DNA of 64,000 nucleotides from a virus: the IMG/VR virus record IMGVR_UViG_3300013947_000004. One strand, given 5' to 3'. Under the pieces are notes generated by a model. That model was not told the DNA's origin. It searched no databases and worked only from the letters and a program-made list of their open reading frames with translations. This document shows, piece by piece, positions 43,246 to 52,739 of the stretch (the stretch's first letter is position 1; each line of letters begins with the position of its first letter). The translations under genes and the position numbers were made by a program.

Positions 43246-44213
43246 TTCCCACCTCCATACATTGATAAGAATTTATTAGTCTGGTCTATCTTCTGTTGTA
43301 ATAAACCAAGGTTTTGATTTTCCTGCTGTTCGGCACTATTTAATTTCTGCTGTGCTAAATTCCATTTTCTTTCATTTTGCCAATCCTTCATTTTGGCGTC
43401 AAACAACTGATTACCAGTTACGTATTGGTCAGTATTACTCGGTACATTAATACCTATCTGCTTCATAATAGACGCATATGCATTTTTATTATATATATTG
43501 TTACTGTTATTAATAAGGTTGACTGCCGCCATTCCCTTTTGTAAATTATTTTGCAGTATATTGCTTGCATTGTCACGGGCTATATTTTCCATTCTATACT
43601 GCATTAATTTTTCTGCGTGTGGTCGAACATATTGAGCCACATCATATGGGAGAGAACCCAATGATTTCGTATAGTCTTCATTGGTAAGCCTGTCATTTTC
43701 AATAGCTTGTCTGAGGTTTGGGTCTTGCTTGGATAAAATATCGGCAATACCTTGATAATCAAATTTCTCGTTTGGGTTATTTATCCTAAGATTGGCAATT
43801 AAATTAACAAAAGGGATGTTATTAACGTCTTTAGCTTGGAAGTTAAAAGAAGTCTGTCCTCCCTGCCCCATTTTATCCATAACCTGCTGTACATAACTGG
43901 ATACTGTGGGATAATTCCCTTCATCAGAGTTAACCGTATAATCGGGGCTACCAGAGTACCACATAGACGCTACAGCCCGTGGGTCATGATACTTTTCCCA
44001 ATATTCATTAATAAGGCCCAGAGCCATAGCGTCTTGGTTCTCTGGGCTTTTATCGTTCGGGTCTAAACCATAGCGGGAAGCTGTATCTTCCCATGTACTT
44101 GGCATGAACCCATATGCACCAAAAGCTCCGGAATCGGAGTTTAGGGCGTTATAATTGCCACTAGATTCCTGATTCCGGATAGCATTTGCCAAGAGTTGAA
44201 CTTGGTTATCCAT
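43242..44213 (-). CDS. Virion protein with an N-terminal SLT lytic transglycosylase domain.
   Basis: AIRNQESSGNYNALN ... GAYGFMPSTW. C-terminus paralogous to 41875..43245. Confidence 0.65.
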   Translation of the reverse strand: MDNQVQLLANAIRNQESSGNYNALNSDSGAFGAYGFMPSTWEDTASRYGLDPNDKSPENQDAMALGLINEYWEKYHDPRAVASMWYSGSPDYTVNSDEGNYPTVSSYVQQVMDKMGQGGQTSFNFQAKDVNNIPFVNLIANLRINNPNEKFDYQGIADILSKQDPNLRQAIENDRLTNEDYTKSLGSLPYDVAQYVRPHAEKLMQYRMENIARDNASNILQNNLQKGMAAVNLINNSNNIYNKNAYASIMKQIGINVPSNTDQYVTGNQLFDAKMKDWQNERKWNLAQQKLNSAEQQENQNLGLLQQKIDQTNKFLSMYGGGK

Positions 44214-44217
44214 TCAA

Positions 44218-44973
44218 TCACCCCTTTACGTAAGGCTGTAAATCATTGGGGTTATAGTAATTTGTATTTAGGGGGGATGCCTGCGGGAGGGTAAATGTAG
44301 GCAGTGTCGGAGTTTGCATTTGAGAAAACATATTTGGATTTAACGCTCCTGCCTGCTGAGTGGTATTCGGGGCGTTTTTAATGTAATCTGTCCATTCGGT
44401 ATACTTATTGTCCCCCTTGCCATTGAAAGTCTTCCCTTTATTGGAATTTTCAAAGTTTCGGTAATAGCCTGCCGTATCTAATCCCATTTTATATGTATCT
44501 GTCCCCCAATTGCTAGATTGGAAATCCACATTTGGGTTAATAGTCTGGGCAGAAGCCATAGCCGCATTCCTAGTAGGTTGTAAATAAGAGGCTTCGCCGC
44601 TATGGATTCTATTTAAGGTATTTGTAACACCCATAGAATCAGAAGAGTCAAATTTATCATCGTATTTTTTAGCGGCGGCAATCATAGCATCCCAATTCCC
44701 TTGAGATTGCTCTTTATTATACTTATCAGCCAATCCTTTAAGGTCGTTGTATGCGTCATTTTTTGTTTTGTCGTAAAGGTTATAAGAAGACTGGAATCCT
44801 TGATTTGTCTTATCCTGCATAGAAGCCTTCTCACGAGAGTCTTGGTATTGACCCTGTTTTTTAGCCTCTCTCATATTCAAATTTTTGTACTGTTTCCCCA
44901 ATCCCCAACCTAGCATTTTACCCAAGTTATACCAAGGGTCTGTGGATGTATTGTTTGTGTTTACATAAAACAT
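44218..44973 (-). CDS. N/Q/Y-rich virion protein.
   Basis: ORF track; low-complexity composition. Confidence 0.5.
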   Translation of the reverse strand: MFYVNTNNTSTDPWYNLGKMLGWGLGKQYKNLNMREAKKQGQYQDSREKASMQDKTNQGFQSSYNLYDKTKNDAYNDLKGLADKYNKEQSQGNWDAMIAAAKKYDDKFDSSDSMGVTNTLNRIHSGEASYLQPTRNAAMASAQTINPNVDFQSSNWGTDTYKMGLDTAGYYRNFENSNKGKTFNGKGDNKYTEWTDYIKNAPNTTQQAGALNPNMFSQMQTPTLPTFTLPQASPLNTNYYNPNDLQPYVKG

Positions 44974-44983
44974 GCTTTACCCC

Positions 44984-45679
44984 CTACTTCCTGTTTGCAA
45001 AATAACCTGCGGCTCCACTAGTTACACCACCGAGCAAGTTCCCAAGGAAACTACCTCCAGAAGAAGTTACGTAACCTCTATTATTGTTGTTGTTGCCAAT
45101 AGCTGTGAGGGCATCAGTATTTGATTTTTGCGTACCAGTAGCCGCATTGAAATAGTCTGTAGCCTGTTGTCTACTTTGGCTCGCCGCCTGCCCAAGAACA
45201 GAGAACCCTCGGTTGAGCCAGCTTTCACGTGTGTTCAAGAGATTATTATATGTATTAACGTCATTGGTATAATCTTTGCTCATTTGGCTACTTAAATTCT
45301 TTTGCCAATCGTTAGTAGCGGTATTCATTCGGGAGCTACTAATTACACCATTCTTCGCTAAGCTTTGCAGTCCAGACCCCATCGTGTTTTCATACAGCCG
45401 GTTGTAGTAATTCTGTTTAGCATCCTGCCACTGTTGTGGCAAATTTCCGTCCAATAATGTGGTCTGTCTATCAAGAATGTCTTGAATATTGTCTTTGTAC
45501 GTTCCGTATTCTTTATTCCAGTCGGGGTCGAAAGTTTTATTAAGATTGGACATTCCTTTATTAATAAGAGCATCAATCCCCGGCTGAATAGACTGCATAT
45601 ACTGAACTTGCTGAGCGTATAGCTGTTTTTCTTCTGGGGAAAGCTCCCTTTCGTGATACTCTGTTTTACTTTTTCCCAT
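44984..45679 (-). CDS. N/Q-rich virion protein with a G-rich C-terminus.
   Basis: ORF track. Confidence 0.5.
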   Translation of the reverse strand: MGKSKTEYHERELSPEEKQLYAQQVQYMQSIQPGIDALINKGMSNLNKTFDPDWNKEYGTYKDNIQDILDRQTTLLDGNLPQQWQDAKQNYYNRLYENTMGSGLQSLAKNGVISSSRMNTATNDWQKNLSSQMSKDYTNDVNTYNNLLNTRESWLNRGFSVLGQAASQSRQQATDYFNAATGTQKSNTDALTAIGNNNNNRGYVTSSGGSFLGNLLGGVTSGAAGYFANRK

Positions 45680-46036
45680 CTATACCTCCATTCTAAAAAC
45701 ATATTCCGTGGGAGAGTCGTTGTACACATTTGTTTTTATTAACGTAGCCCCACTTAATCTAGCATAAGCTTTTGGATTCCTCGTGGTTGTTGTTAGCAAG
45801 TAATGCAACCCTACCTTTTTAGCTATCATCTTTATAGCTTTAATAAGCTTTTTAAAATTTCCCGTTGTGGGGCCTATTACAATCGTGTCGTATAACATTC
45901 CATAAGTTGCTATAGAACCATCAGAGAGAAGTATAGCCCATGGATATACATATATATCCCAATCATCGAAAAACTTACTTCCAAGTTTCTTTTCGTATTT
46001 GTCGATGTGGTCTATCACATCTTTTGTATTAGCCAT
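45680..46036 (-). CDS. Hypothetical protein (possibly GNAT-like).
   Basis: ORF track. GPTTGNFKKLIKAIKMIAKKVG is only weakly motif-A-like. Confidence 0.4.
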   Translation of the reverse strand: MANTKDVIDHIDKYEKKLGSKFFDDWDIYVYPWAILLSDGSIATYGMLYDTIVIGPTTGNFKKLIKAIKMIAKKVGLHYLLTTTTRNPKAYARLSGATLIKTNVYNDSPTEYVFRMEV

Positions 46037-47474
46037 ATGGACTTCCTCCCGAATCGGTATTTGTATAGTCGAATGTTCCCTGTCCCCATTTACTACTGCT
46101 CCATCCTTTGCCGCTACTAGACCCAGAGGATGTCGTGCTTGTCATTGTTACATATTGAAGGACAACAACCGCAAGCCAAAAGTGCCATGTAATAATATCA
46201 TCTGTTTCAAATGTGAACGTCATATTATCAGCACGGATTTGAGTTTTAAATTCTTCTTTTTGTTTGTCCATTGTCCAATCCCAAGTCCACGTAACATCAT
46301 TTACTCTAAGGTGGGCGGTGCCGGGCTGTTTACTTTCAATCATTAAATGGGAACGGTACAAGGTCATTAAGTTTTGATTCCAAAGAATAGCAGATATAAT
46401 CTTTTGGTGGATTTTATTTTCTTTTCCGTTTACAACGTCAGTATGGTTTTCTTCTGACAAAGAAAACAATTCCTTACCACATCCAACGAGAGTTTTCTCT
46501 ATCCCCTCTGCTATTGTCTGAATTGGGCTTGGAAAAATCCATTTAGTAAATGCTTTTAGTTGGTAGTGATAAACATACAGGTTGTTTCCGTTGTTCGGGT
46601 TGATGAATAACTGATGTGTTCTTTGGCTTTTAAATAACCACGGGTCGCTCGTATCAGATTTCATTTCTGGGTTCATAGCTTCCCCGATTTCATCATTAGT
46701 AAAGTTCCCATATGTTTCCGTTGTAGCAAGAGAACGTAACCCTTGACGAGAAAAGTACACTACATCATTCCCAAGGTTTGTAATGGCGTCACGAGAAATA
46801 AAATCACTATCCGTACCAATTAAGCTAACATTCCAGTCCTCTGGTTCATTGGCCACTTTATAGATGCGTCCGTTAGATTTGAAGATAATCAATTCGGAAG
46901 CCAAAGGATAAATCCCAGTAACAGAAGCTACATCCCCAACATCCAAGTCCTTCATAGCGGATGCATCATTGCTGTTTTCTGTCCAGTTGAACGGGTCAGC
47001 AATGCCAGAGTATTTAATATTATTCGTACTGGCGTCAGTTACAAGCATTCTGGAGAACCGTTCCATTACCGTATCACATACTGGGTATTTATCATCTGTG
47101 TTAATACTTGTTCCTGAATAGTCGTAGGATTGTAAGGTTCCCCCAGAAGCGATTAAAAGCTTAGTTCCGTTTGCATTTGTATATCTTGCTAAATACGGTC
47201 TATGGGTTGTATCACCGTTTATCGTCCCTATAAATACTGGGGTTTTACCGTACTCGTAAGTGTACACATTTTTATTTTTGAGAAAAACTATATAGTTATT
47301 AAGCCCATAGTCGTACCATATATAAAGAATATCAGCTGGGAATGTATATAATGGCTTACCAAGCCCCCGTCTTGTTTTGAGCCTATTCCCTTCTGCGTCA
47401 AATTCCATATTCTCGATGGACTGAGCCATGTTCTTCTTCTCGTATAGGCTCCAAGGGTCTATAGCCACATTCAT
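46029..47474 (-). CDS. Tail or nozzle structural protein.
   Basis: ORF track. The frame stays open 66 nt upstream of the ATG as far as a GGGGGTGA RBS. Confidence 0.5.
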   Translation of the reverse strand: MNVAIDPWSLYEKKNMAQSIENMEFDAEGNRLKTRRGLGKPLYTFPADILYIWYDYGLNNYIVFLKNKNVYTYEYGKTPVFIGTINGDTTHRPYLARYTNANGTKLLIASGGTLQSYDYSGTSINTDDKYPVCDTVMERFSRMLVTDASTNNIKYSGIADPFNWTENSNDASAMKDLDVGDVASVTGIYPLASELIIFKSNGRIYKVANEPEDWNVSLIGTDSDFISRDAITNLGNDVVYFSRQGLRSLATTETYGNFTNDEIGEAMNPEMKSDTSDPWLFKSQRTHQLFINPNNGNNLYVYHYQLKAFTKWIFPSPIQTIAEGIEKTLVGCGKELFSLSEENHTDVVNGKENKIHQKIISAILWNQNLMTLYRSHLMIESKQPGTAHLRVNDVTWTWDWTMDKQKEEFKTQIRADNMTFTFETDDIITWHFWLAVVVLQYVTMTSTTSSGSSSGKGWSSSKWGQGTFDYTNTDSGGSPYG

Positions 47475-47549
47475 GCCGCCTACAAGGGATGTTATATCGA
47501 AATTCCCTATTCGTTTTGATTTACCTACCTGTTTGGCTATTTATCTCAC

Positions 47550-47592
47550 CCCCTCTTTATAAAAGAGCCCCTGCCGTTTGGCAGGGGTATCA
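47550..47592 (-). terminator. Intra-operon terminator.
   Basis: Minus strand: CCCCTGCC-AAAC-GGCAGGGG followed by CTCTTTTAT. Confidence 0.55.
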
Positions 47593-47653
47593 TTTTTCCA
47601 TTAATATGCAGGAAATTAAGAAAATTTGGCAATAAACAAAGCCAATATGTCTG

Positions 47654-48673
47654 TTAGGTAGAAGAAGTCCCTATTTCTTTTATAAAGGCATATGGGTCTT
47701 CGTATTTGGAGCCTTCAAGAGCTATAAAATTAGTAACAAAATTTGGCCAACCCTCACCTCCCTTATACGCAGATAAGAGAGATGAGGGGACGTACAAGTT
47801 TTTTATTTCAACCGATTCGTAAAAGTTTATTGATTCATCAGTAAGAGGGACTATAGATTCCGTGTTTCTAAGAATAAGAGTTTCCAAATTAACTCCTCTT
47901 AGATGAAATTCTTTGAACCCTTTTATAAACCCAAAGTCTGCGTATTTTAACTTTCGAAAGGCCACAGCCCTATAATAGCCAAAAGCAAAATTATTTACCT
48001 CGAAATTCGGGAGAGATATATACTCAAGGAATTCATTCCCTGCATTATCACTGGGTGGAGTTATCCCCCCATAAATATTTGTACTTACGGGGTCAAAATA
48101 CACTTGAATATTCGGTGAGAAATATATACGCGAAGGGGGGGAAGTCTGTGTTGATTTAGACCCAGCAATAAAGATTTTCCCGGAGGCAGACATTAGGTCG
48201 GTTTTCTCCCCACTATACGTCTTTAGAGGATAGAGGTATGCACTGTAGGTTGAAATCTCAGCGTACATCCTCGCAAACCCATTGTCATCAATTACACTGG
48301 TCGGAGATGCCGCTGTACCTGTTACAATATATAAATTAGTATCTTTATTAAAACTACGTAAAATAACACCTGGGTCGTAGCCAGTATTTGGCGTATACGT
48401 AGAATTATCAGTAAGACCAACGCTGATAGTACCGTCCGAGTTGTTTATAGCCTTCCCTTGTAAGGAAGAAGTAATTTCTCCATTAGTTGGGTCAATTACT
48501 TTTAAGGTATATTTATCTCCCGTTGTAACTACTATCTTATCTCCTTCTATATCTTTAATAGCCTGTGCCATTTCGGATGGACTGTATTGCGTGGTTGTTT
48601 TATTCTTTTCCCTAATCGCATCCCCTATAGCCGTAAGAGATGCCTTAGAAACTAATCCTTTATTAGCGGACAT
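47654..48673 (-). CDS. BspA-type leucine-rich-repeat protein (candidate receptor-binding protein).
   Basis: C-terminal LYVPSSLLSAYKGGEGWPNFVTNFIALEG and preceding LRR-like repeats. Confidence 0.45.
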   Translation of the reverse strand: MSANKGLVSKASLTAIGDAIREKNKTTTQYSPSEMAQAIKDIEGDKIVVTTGDKYTLKVIDPTNGEITSSLQGKAINNSDGTISVGLTDNSTYTPNTGYDPGVILRSFNKDTNLYIVTGTAASPTSVIDDNGFARMYAEISTYSAYLYPLKTYSGEKTDLMSASGKIFIAGSKSTQTSPPSRIYFSPNIQVYFDPVSTNIYGGITPPSDNAGNEFLEYISLPNFEVNNFAFGYYRAVAFRKLKYADFGFIKGFKEFHLRGVNLETLILRNTESIVPLTDESINFYESVEIKNLYVPSSLLSAYKGGEGWPNFVTNFIALEGSKYEDPYAFIKEIGTSST

Positions 48674-48684
48674 GTAAACCCTCC

Positions 48685-51231
48685 TTAAAATTTAGTACTG
48701 TCGTAATCAGCAATGGCGGCAATGGCATTTGCCACGTACTCTTTTGTCGCATACGAGGTTAAATCAGGAACTGTATCCGTAAACTTAGCATTAGCAGGAA
48801 CGGTAGCATTAAGTTCATATGTCGTACCTACTGGTTTGCCGTCAGCGAAGTATATGGGGTGTGTTGCAGAGCCAGCATTTACTGTTAATTTTCCTGCCGC
48901 TACGGCGTTCTGCGTTTTGCCAAGGTACAGATTAGCCGCATTTTTAGATGTAAGGTAACCAGACAAGTCTTGATGGGAAGTTATTGGGGTAATAGTATTT
49001 TCCCCAATGGTAATTGTACCATCTTCTATTTTGGCGTCAGTAATACCATAACCCTTTAAAGTTGTTGCAGAGTTAGCTTTCCCATCTAGAGCTGTTTTAA
49101 TTCCCCCAGAGGTGACTGGATTGTTACTATCAGCAGTAGGAGCCGTGTCAAAGGTTAGTTTATCCTGTTTTGCGTTTATCTGATTTTGGAAAGATTGGTG
49201 TATAGTAGAAGCGTCTGATTTCTTGTAATACGTCTCTGTGATAACATTACCATCACCATCTTGGTCAGCCTGTGTAGCGTGGGAAGTGTCACCAATCGTA
49301 GCCGTAGATTTAGTACCGTCTTTATGAATAAAGGTGATTGTACCTCCAGAGTACGTCGTATCAACTACTGCTTTTGCTACATCTGCATTTGTTGGGTAGT
49401 TAGACAAGTCTACAAATCCAGACAGATTATCCCAATCTGTACCGTTCCAGATAACATTGTCCCCAGCTTTAATTTGGTGTTCTGTGTCCGCATTTACGAT
49501 ATTCCATACGTCGCCTACATTCCGCCCAGAGTCTGGGAGTTCGGAATAATTATCTACAGAACCAGCATACTTAGCAAAGCCCGTCACTTTTGTTAAAGCA
49601 GATTCTACCTCTTTCTGGATTTTTTGTGCTTCAGCTAATGCCTGTTTAGCATTTGTTTCACTAGTTGCCGCATGTTCTTCGGAAGTAGCGGCATTGGTGG
49701 CAGACGTACTTGCAGAAGTAGCAGAGGTAGCCGCAGAGTTCATACTAGCTTTTGCATTAATTTCTGATTTAGATGCGTTACTTGCAGAAGTTTCAGAAGC
49801 CGTCTTGCTTTCAAGAGCGGAATCTTTATACTGCAAAGCATTGGCTTCAGAGTTGCCCGCATTGGTTTCTGAAGTCTTTGCCTTAGTGGCAGATTCGGAA
49901 GCTTCACTTGCGGAAGTCGCCGCCGACGTGGCAGATGCACTTGCATTTGTTTCAGATTCTTTTGCCTTGTTGGCAGACGCTGTTGCCGCTACGTTAGAAC
50001 TATTAGCTTCTGTTGCCTTCTGCTTAGCGATATTTGCCTGTTCTGTAGCCGTTGTAGCAGATGAGCTTGCGGAAGTAGCACTCTGAGCAGACTCTCCCGC
50101 TTTTGTTTTAGCTAATAATGCCCATGTACGGGAAGACTGAGTCTTACCCGTAGAACTTTCTGTATCCTCCGCGCCATCGGGTGATACAATGGACACTGCC
50201 CAATTCTTAGAAGATACAGCGTTAGCAGATGCTTCACTTGCCTTTGTGAGTACCGTTGTTTCGCTAGCTTTTGCATTAGTTTCGGATGTTTTAGCTTTGG
50301 TGGCACTCTCAGCGGAATTAGTTTCGCTTACTTTAGAGGCATCTTCGCTAGCCTTGGCATTTGTTTCAGACGTTTTAGCCGCCTTAGCGGATGCCCCTGC
50401 ATTGTCTTGATACCCTTTAGCTGTAGTAGATGCTGTGGTAGCTGTTTCCGAACTCTGTAATGCGCTGGAAGCACTGTTAGACGCATTTGTTTCAGATAAT
50501 TTAGCGGCGGTGGCAGATTCTTCCGCTTTGGTCGCACTTGCCGCAGAATTGGTCTCAGATGTTTTCGCCGCTGTAGCTGATTTTTCTGCGTTAGTCGCAC
50601 TGGTTGTAAAACTTTCTTCCAAAGCTTTTGTATTAGCTTCACTCGTAGCCGCTTTGGTCGCCGATTCTGCCGCCGCTGTAGCGGAACTGTCAGCATTAGT
50701 TTCAGATGTTTTAGCGTTCGTGGCGGACGTTTCACTTGCTTTCGCATTTTCCGCAGATGCTGTTTCACTTGCTTTTGCGTTAGTTTCGGAGAGCTTAGAT
50801 GCATCTTCTGACTTCTTCGCATTAGTAGCGTAGGTAGAAGCATTAGATTCTGATGTACTTGCCTTCTTGGCAGATTCGGCACTGGCTGTAGCACTGGTAG
50901 CAGAATTAGCTTCGGAAGTTGCCGCTTTATCAGCAGAAATTTTCGCATCATCGGCAGATTTGGATGATTTCGTTGCCGACTCCGCACTTTCAGTGGCGGA
51001 TGTTTTACTTGCGTCAGCTGATTTCTGTGAAGCGTCAGCGGATTCTTTGGCAGTCAGGGCGTACTTAGAAGCGTCAACGAACGCTGTAAGACCAGTATCC
51101 TTTACTGTACCATCTTCGTACGTGACAATTAAATGGCCATCTTCACGCAATACAGTATCTACAATACCCGCACCTCGTAAACCTTTATCTCCTTTTAACC
51201 CTAAATTTACTTCAATTAGTTCTATTGCCAT
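48685..51231 (-). CDS. Tail fibre with a long Ser/Ala/Thr/Glu/Lys heptad-repeat shaft.
   Basis: GLKGDKGLRGAG, then ~450 aa of AKTSETN/AKASETS-type repeats, then a globular C-terminus. Confidence 0.65.
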   Translation of the reverse strand: MAIELIEVNLGLKGDKGLRGAGIVDTVLREDGHLIVTYEDGTVKDTGLTAFVDASKYALTAKESADASQKSADASKTSATESAESATKSSKSADDAKISADKAATSEANSATSATASAESAKKASTSESNASTYATNAKKSEDASKLSETNAKASETASAENAKASETSATNAKTSETNADSSATAAAESATKAATSEANTKALEESFTTSATNAEKSATAAKTSETNSAASATKAEESATAAKLSETNASNSASSALQSSETATTASTTAKGYQDNAGASAKAAKTSETNAKASEDASKVSETNSAESATKAKTSETNAKASETTVLTKASEASANAVSSKNWAVSIVSPDGAEDTESSTGKTQSSRTWALLAKTKAGESAQSATSASSSATTATEQANIAKQKATEANSSNVAATASANKAKESETNASASATSAATSASEASESATKAKTSETNAGNSEANALQYKDSALESKTASETSASNASKSEINAKASMNSAATSATSASTSATNAATSEEHAATSETNAKQALAEAQKIQKEVESALTKVTGFAKYAGSVDNYSELPDSGRNVGDVWNIVNADTEHQIKAGDNVIWNGTDWDNLSGFVDLSNYPTNADVAKAVVDTTYSGGTITFIHKDGTKSTATIGDTSHATQADQDGDGNVITETYYKKSDASTIHQSFQNQINAKQDKLTFDTAPTADSNNPVTSGGIKTALDGKANSATTLKGYGITDAKIEDGTITIGENTITPITSHQDLSGYLTSKNAANLYLGKTQNAVAAGKLTVNAGSATHPIYFADGKPVGTTYELNATVPANAKFTDTVPDLTSYATKEYVANAIAAIADYDSTKF

Positions 51232-51240
51232 TTACTCACC

Positions 51241-51633
51241 TCAATCAAAAGAAACTCCGGGGCTTACATAACAAGTGCCATTCATGATACGGATGGTATC
51301 TCCTTCTGGCTCTGTTGCGTATACGTCCCAAACAAATTTAGACGTCGCATCATACGTCTGACCGTCTGTTTCTATTTTCCCAGTAATAGAGTCGTCGAAA
51401 AATACTTCCATCAAACCATTTTCTGCGTCTACGATATGCGCATCAGCTTCTGCTAATGTTTCATCGCTATCCGCAGTTTCTCTAATCTTACATTTAAATA
51501 CATAGCCAGTTATATCAATAGGTGTGTGATTTTCTTTAGTCCCAGTGCATAGACGTAACTGTAGCCGATAATCAGCACCTTGGTTAACTAAGATATCCTT
51601 AGTCGCCGCGGTTTGTTTTATTTTAGTCGCCAT
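51241..51633 (-). CDS. Virion structural protein.
   Basis: Start refined to the ATG at 51633 (RBS GGAGG). Confidence 0.5.
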   Translation of the reverse strand: MATKIKQTAATKDILVNQGADYRLQLRLCTGTKENHTPIDITGYVFKCKIRETADSDETLAEADAHIVDAENGLMEVFFDDSITGKIETDGQTYDATSKFVWDVYATEPEGDTIRIMNGTCYVSPGVSFD

Positions 51634-51646
51634 ACTACCTCCTAAC

Positions 51647-52333
51647 TTAAAGTCCATCTAAATTTACAACAAGTACATATATTTCTCGATTACAACTAGA
51701 CGGAGGAGAGGTTACTAAGCTTTTGTCCTGGATTCTATAGAAACCAAAAGAGTTCGACGTTGGGAACCCTATAGAAAATATACTATCAGTTTCCGTCACC
51801 CAAGCGTTTTCATTCCCTGCATTAAAGACTGTGCTAACTGGAATTATTCCTATTTTGTGGCTGTACGCTCTTATCCCATAGTTTATAGATGATGCATGGC
51901 CTTTTATAACATCTATAATCCTTAGATATTTAAGGTTACTATTAAATATTTGTGTTCCATCCGCACCTGTGACTTCTAATCCCCCTGTTTCAGAGGTCTT
52001 CTGGAAGTTAAAAAGATAAAAATAAGTGTCTGAACTACCTCTGGGAGTGTTTTGTGCGTAATAATCCCACCCGCTTGGTCCAGACATATAGGAATTTTTA
52101 TAAAAAAGAAAACTTGTTGAGTTCCCTGCCAAACACACAATGTCTCCATTAATCACTGGAGGGTGGCAGAAATAACATAATTCCCCGTGGTCGGTTTCAT
52201 AAACATATGACTGTATACATTGGTTAGTTTGTATAACATTACGTAAACTAACATTTTTAAAACTATCATTAACCAAAATAGACCTACTGTTTTTTATTTC
52301 TATATAATTACTCATTTTATCACCATGTACCAT
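51647..52333 (-). CDS. Hypothetical structural protein.
   Basis: ORF track. Confidence 0.5.
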   Translation of the reverse strand: MVHGDKMSNYIEIKNSRSILVNDSFKNVSLRNVIQTNQCIQSYVYETDHGELCYFCHPPVINGDIVCLAGNSTSFLFYKNSYMSGPSGWDYYAQNTPRGSSDTYFYLFNFQKTSETGGLEVTGADGTQIFNSNLKYLRIIDVIKGHASSINYGIRAYSHKIGIIPVSTVFNAGNENAWVTETDSIFSIGFPTSNSFGFYRIQDKSLVTSPPSSCNREIYVLVVNLDGL

Positions 52334-52739
52334 AATAAACTGTGCCTGTTACTTTATCCCAACTCCCGATGTCCTGAGAAGCTGTGGAATAAGACATTAG
52401 CCAATTAATGGTTCTCCCTGAAATTTCAATACTGCAAGACGGACAAACGTAATACTGGATAATACTCCAGCTATACCAAATAGGGTCCACAATAACAATC
52501 GCAAATAGCTCTCCTGTATCATCTTGAGGAATAGCTACTGTCTGTGACCCTGACTTTCCATTTATTCGAAAGCTCCCATATAGTCTACACAAACTGTCTG
52601 TGTAATCTAGTTGCAAATTCCCGTTTTTATCCCAAATTTGAACTCCGCTAGGCATTTTAGATTTTTCACCCTTCTTTTTCTCTCTATAGTATAAAAAAAA
52701 AGCAATTAACATGATAGAAATTAAGATTAGACCCCACAT
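52320..52739 (-). CDS. Membrane-anchored hypothetical protein.
   Basis: N-terminal TM LILISIMLIAFFLYY. Confidence 0.45.
   Translation of the reverse strand: MWGLILISIMLIAFFLYYREKKKGEKSKMPSGVQIWDKNGNLQLDYTDSLCRLYGSFRINGKSGSQTVAIPQDDTGELFAIVIVDPIWYSWSIIQYYVCPSCSIEISGRTINWLMSYSTASQDIGSWDKVTGTVYYGTW

Noticed and set aside
45358-45729. 123-aa minus-strand ORF overlapping 44984-45679 and 45680-46036.
   Set aside because: It is an alternative frame spanning two well-packed genes, with no RBS.
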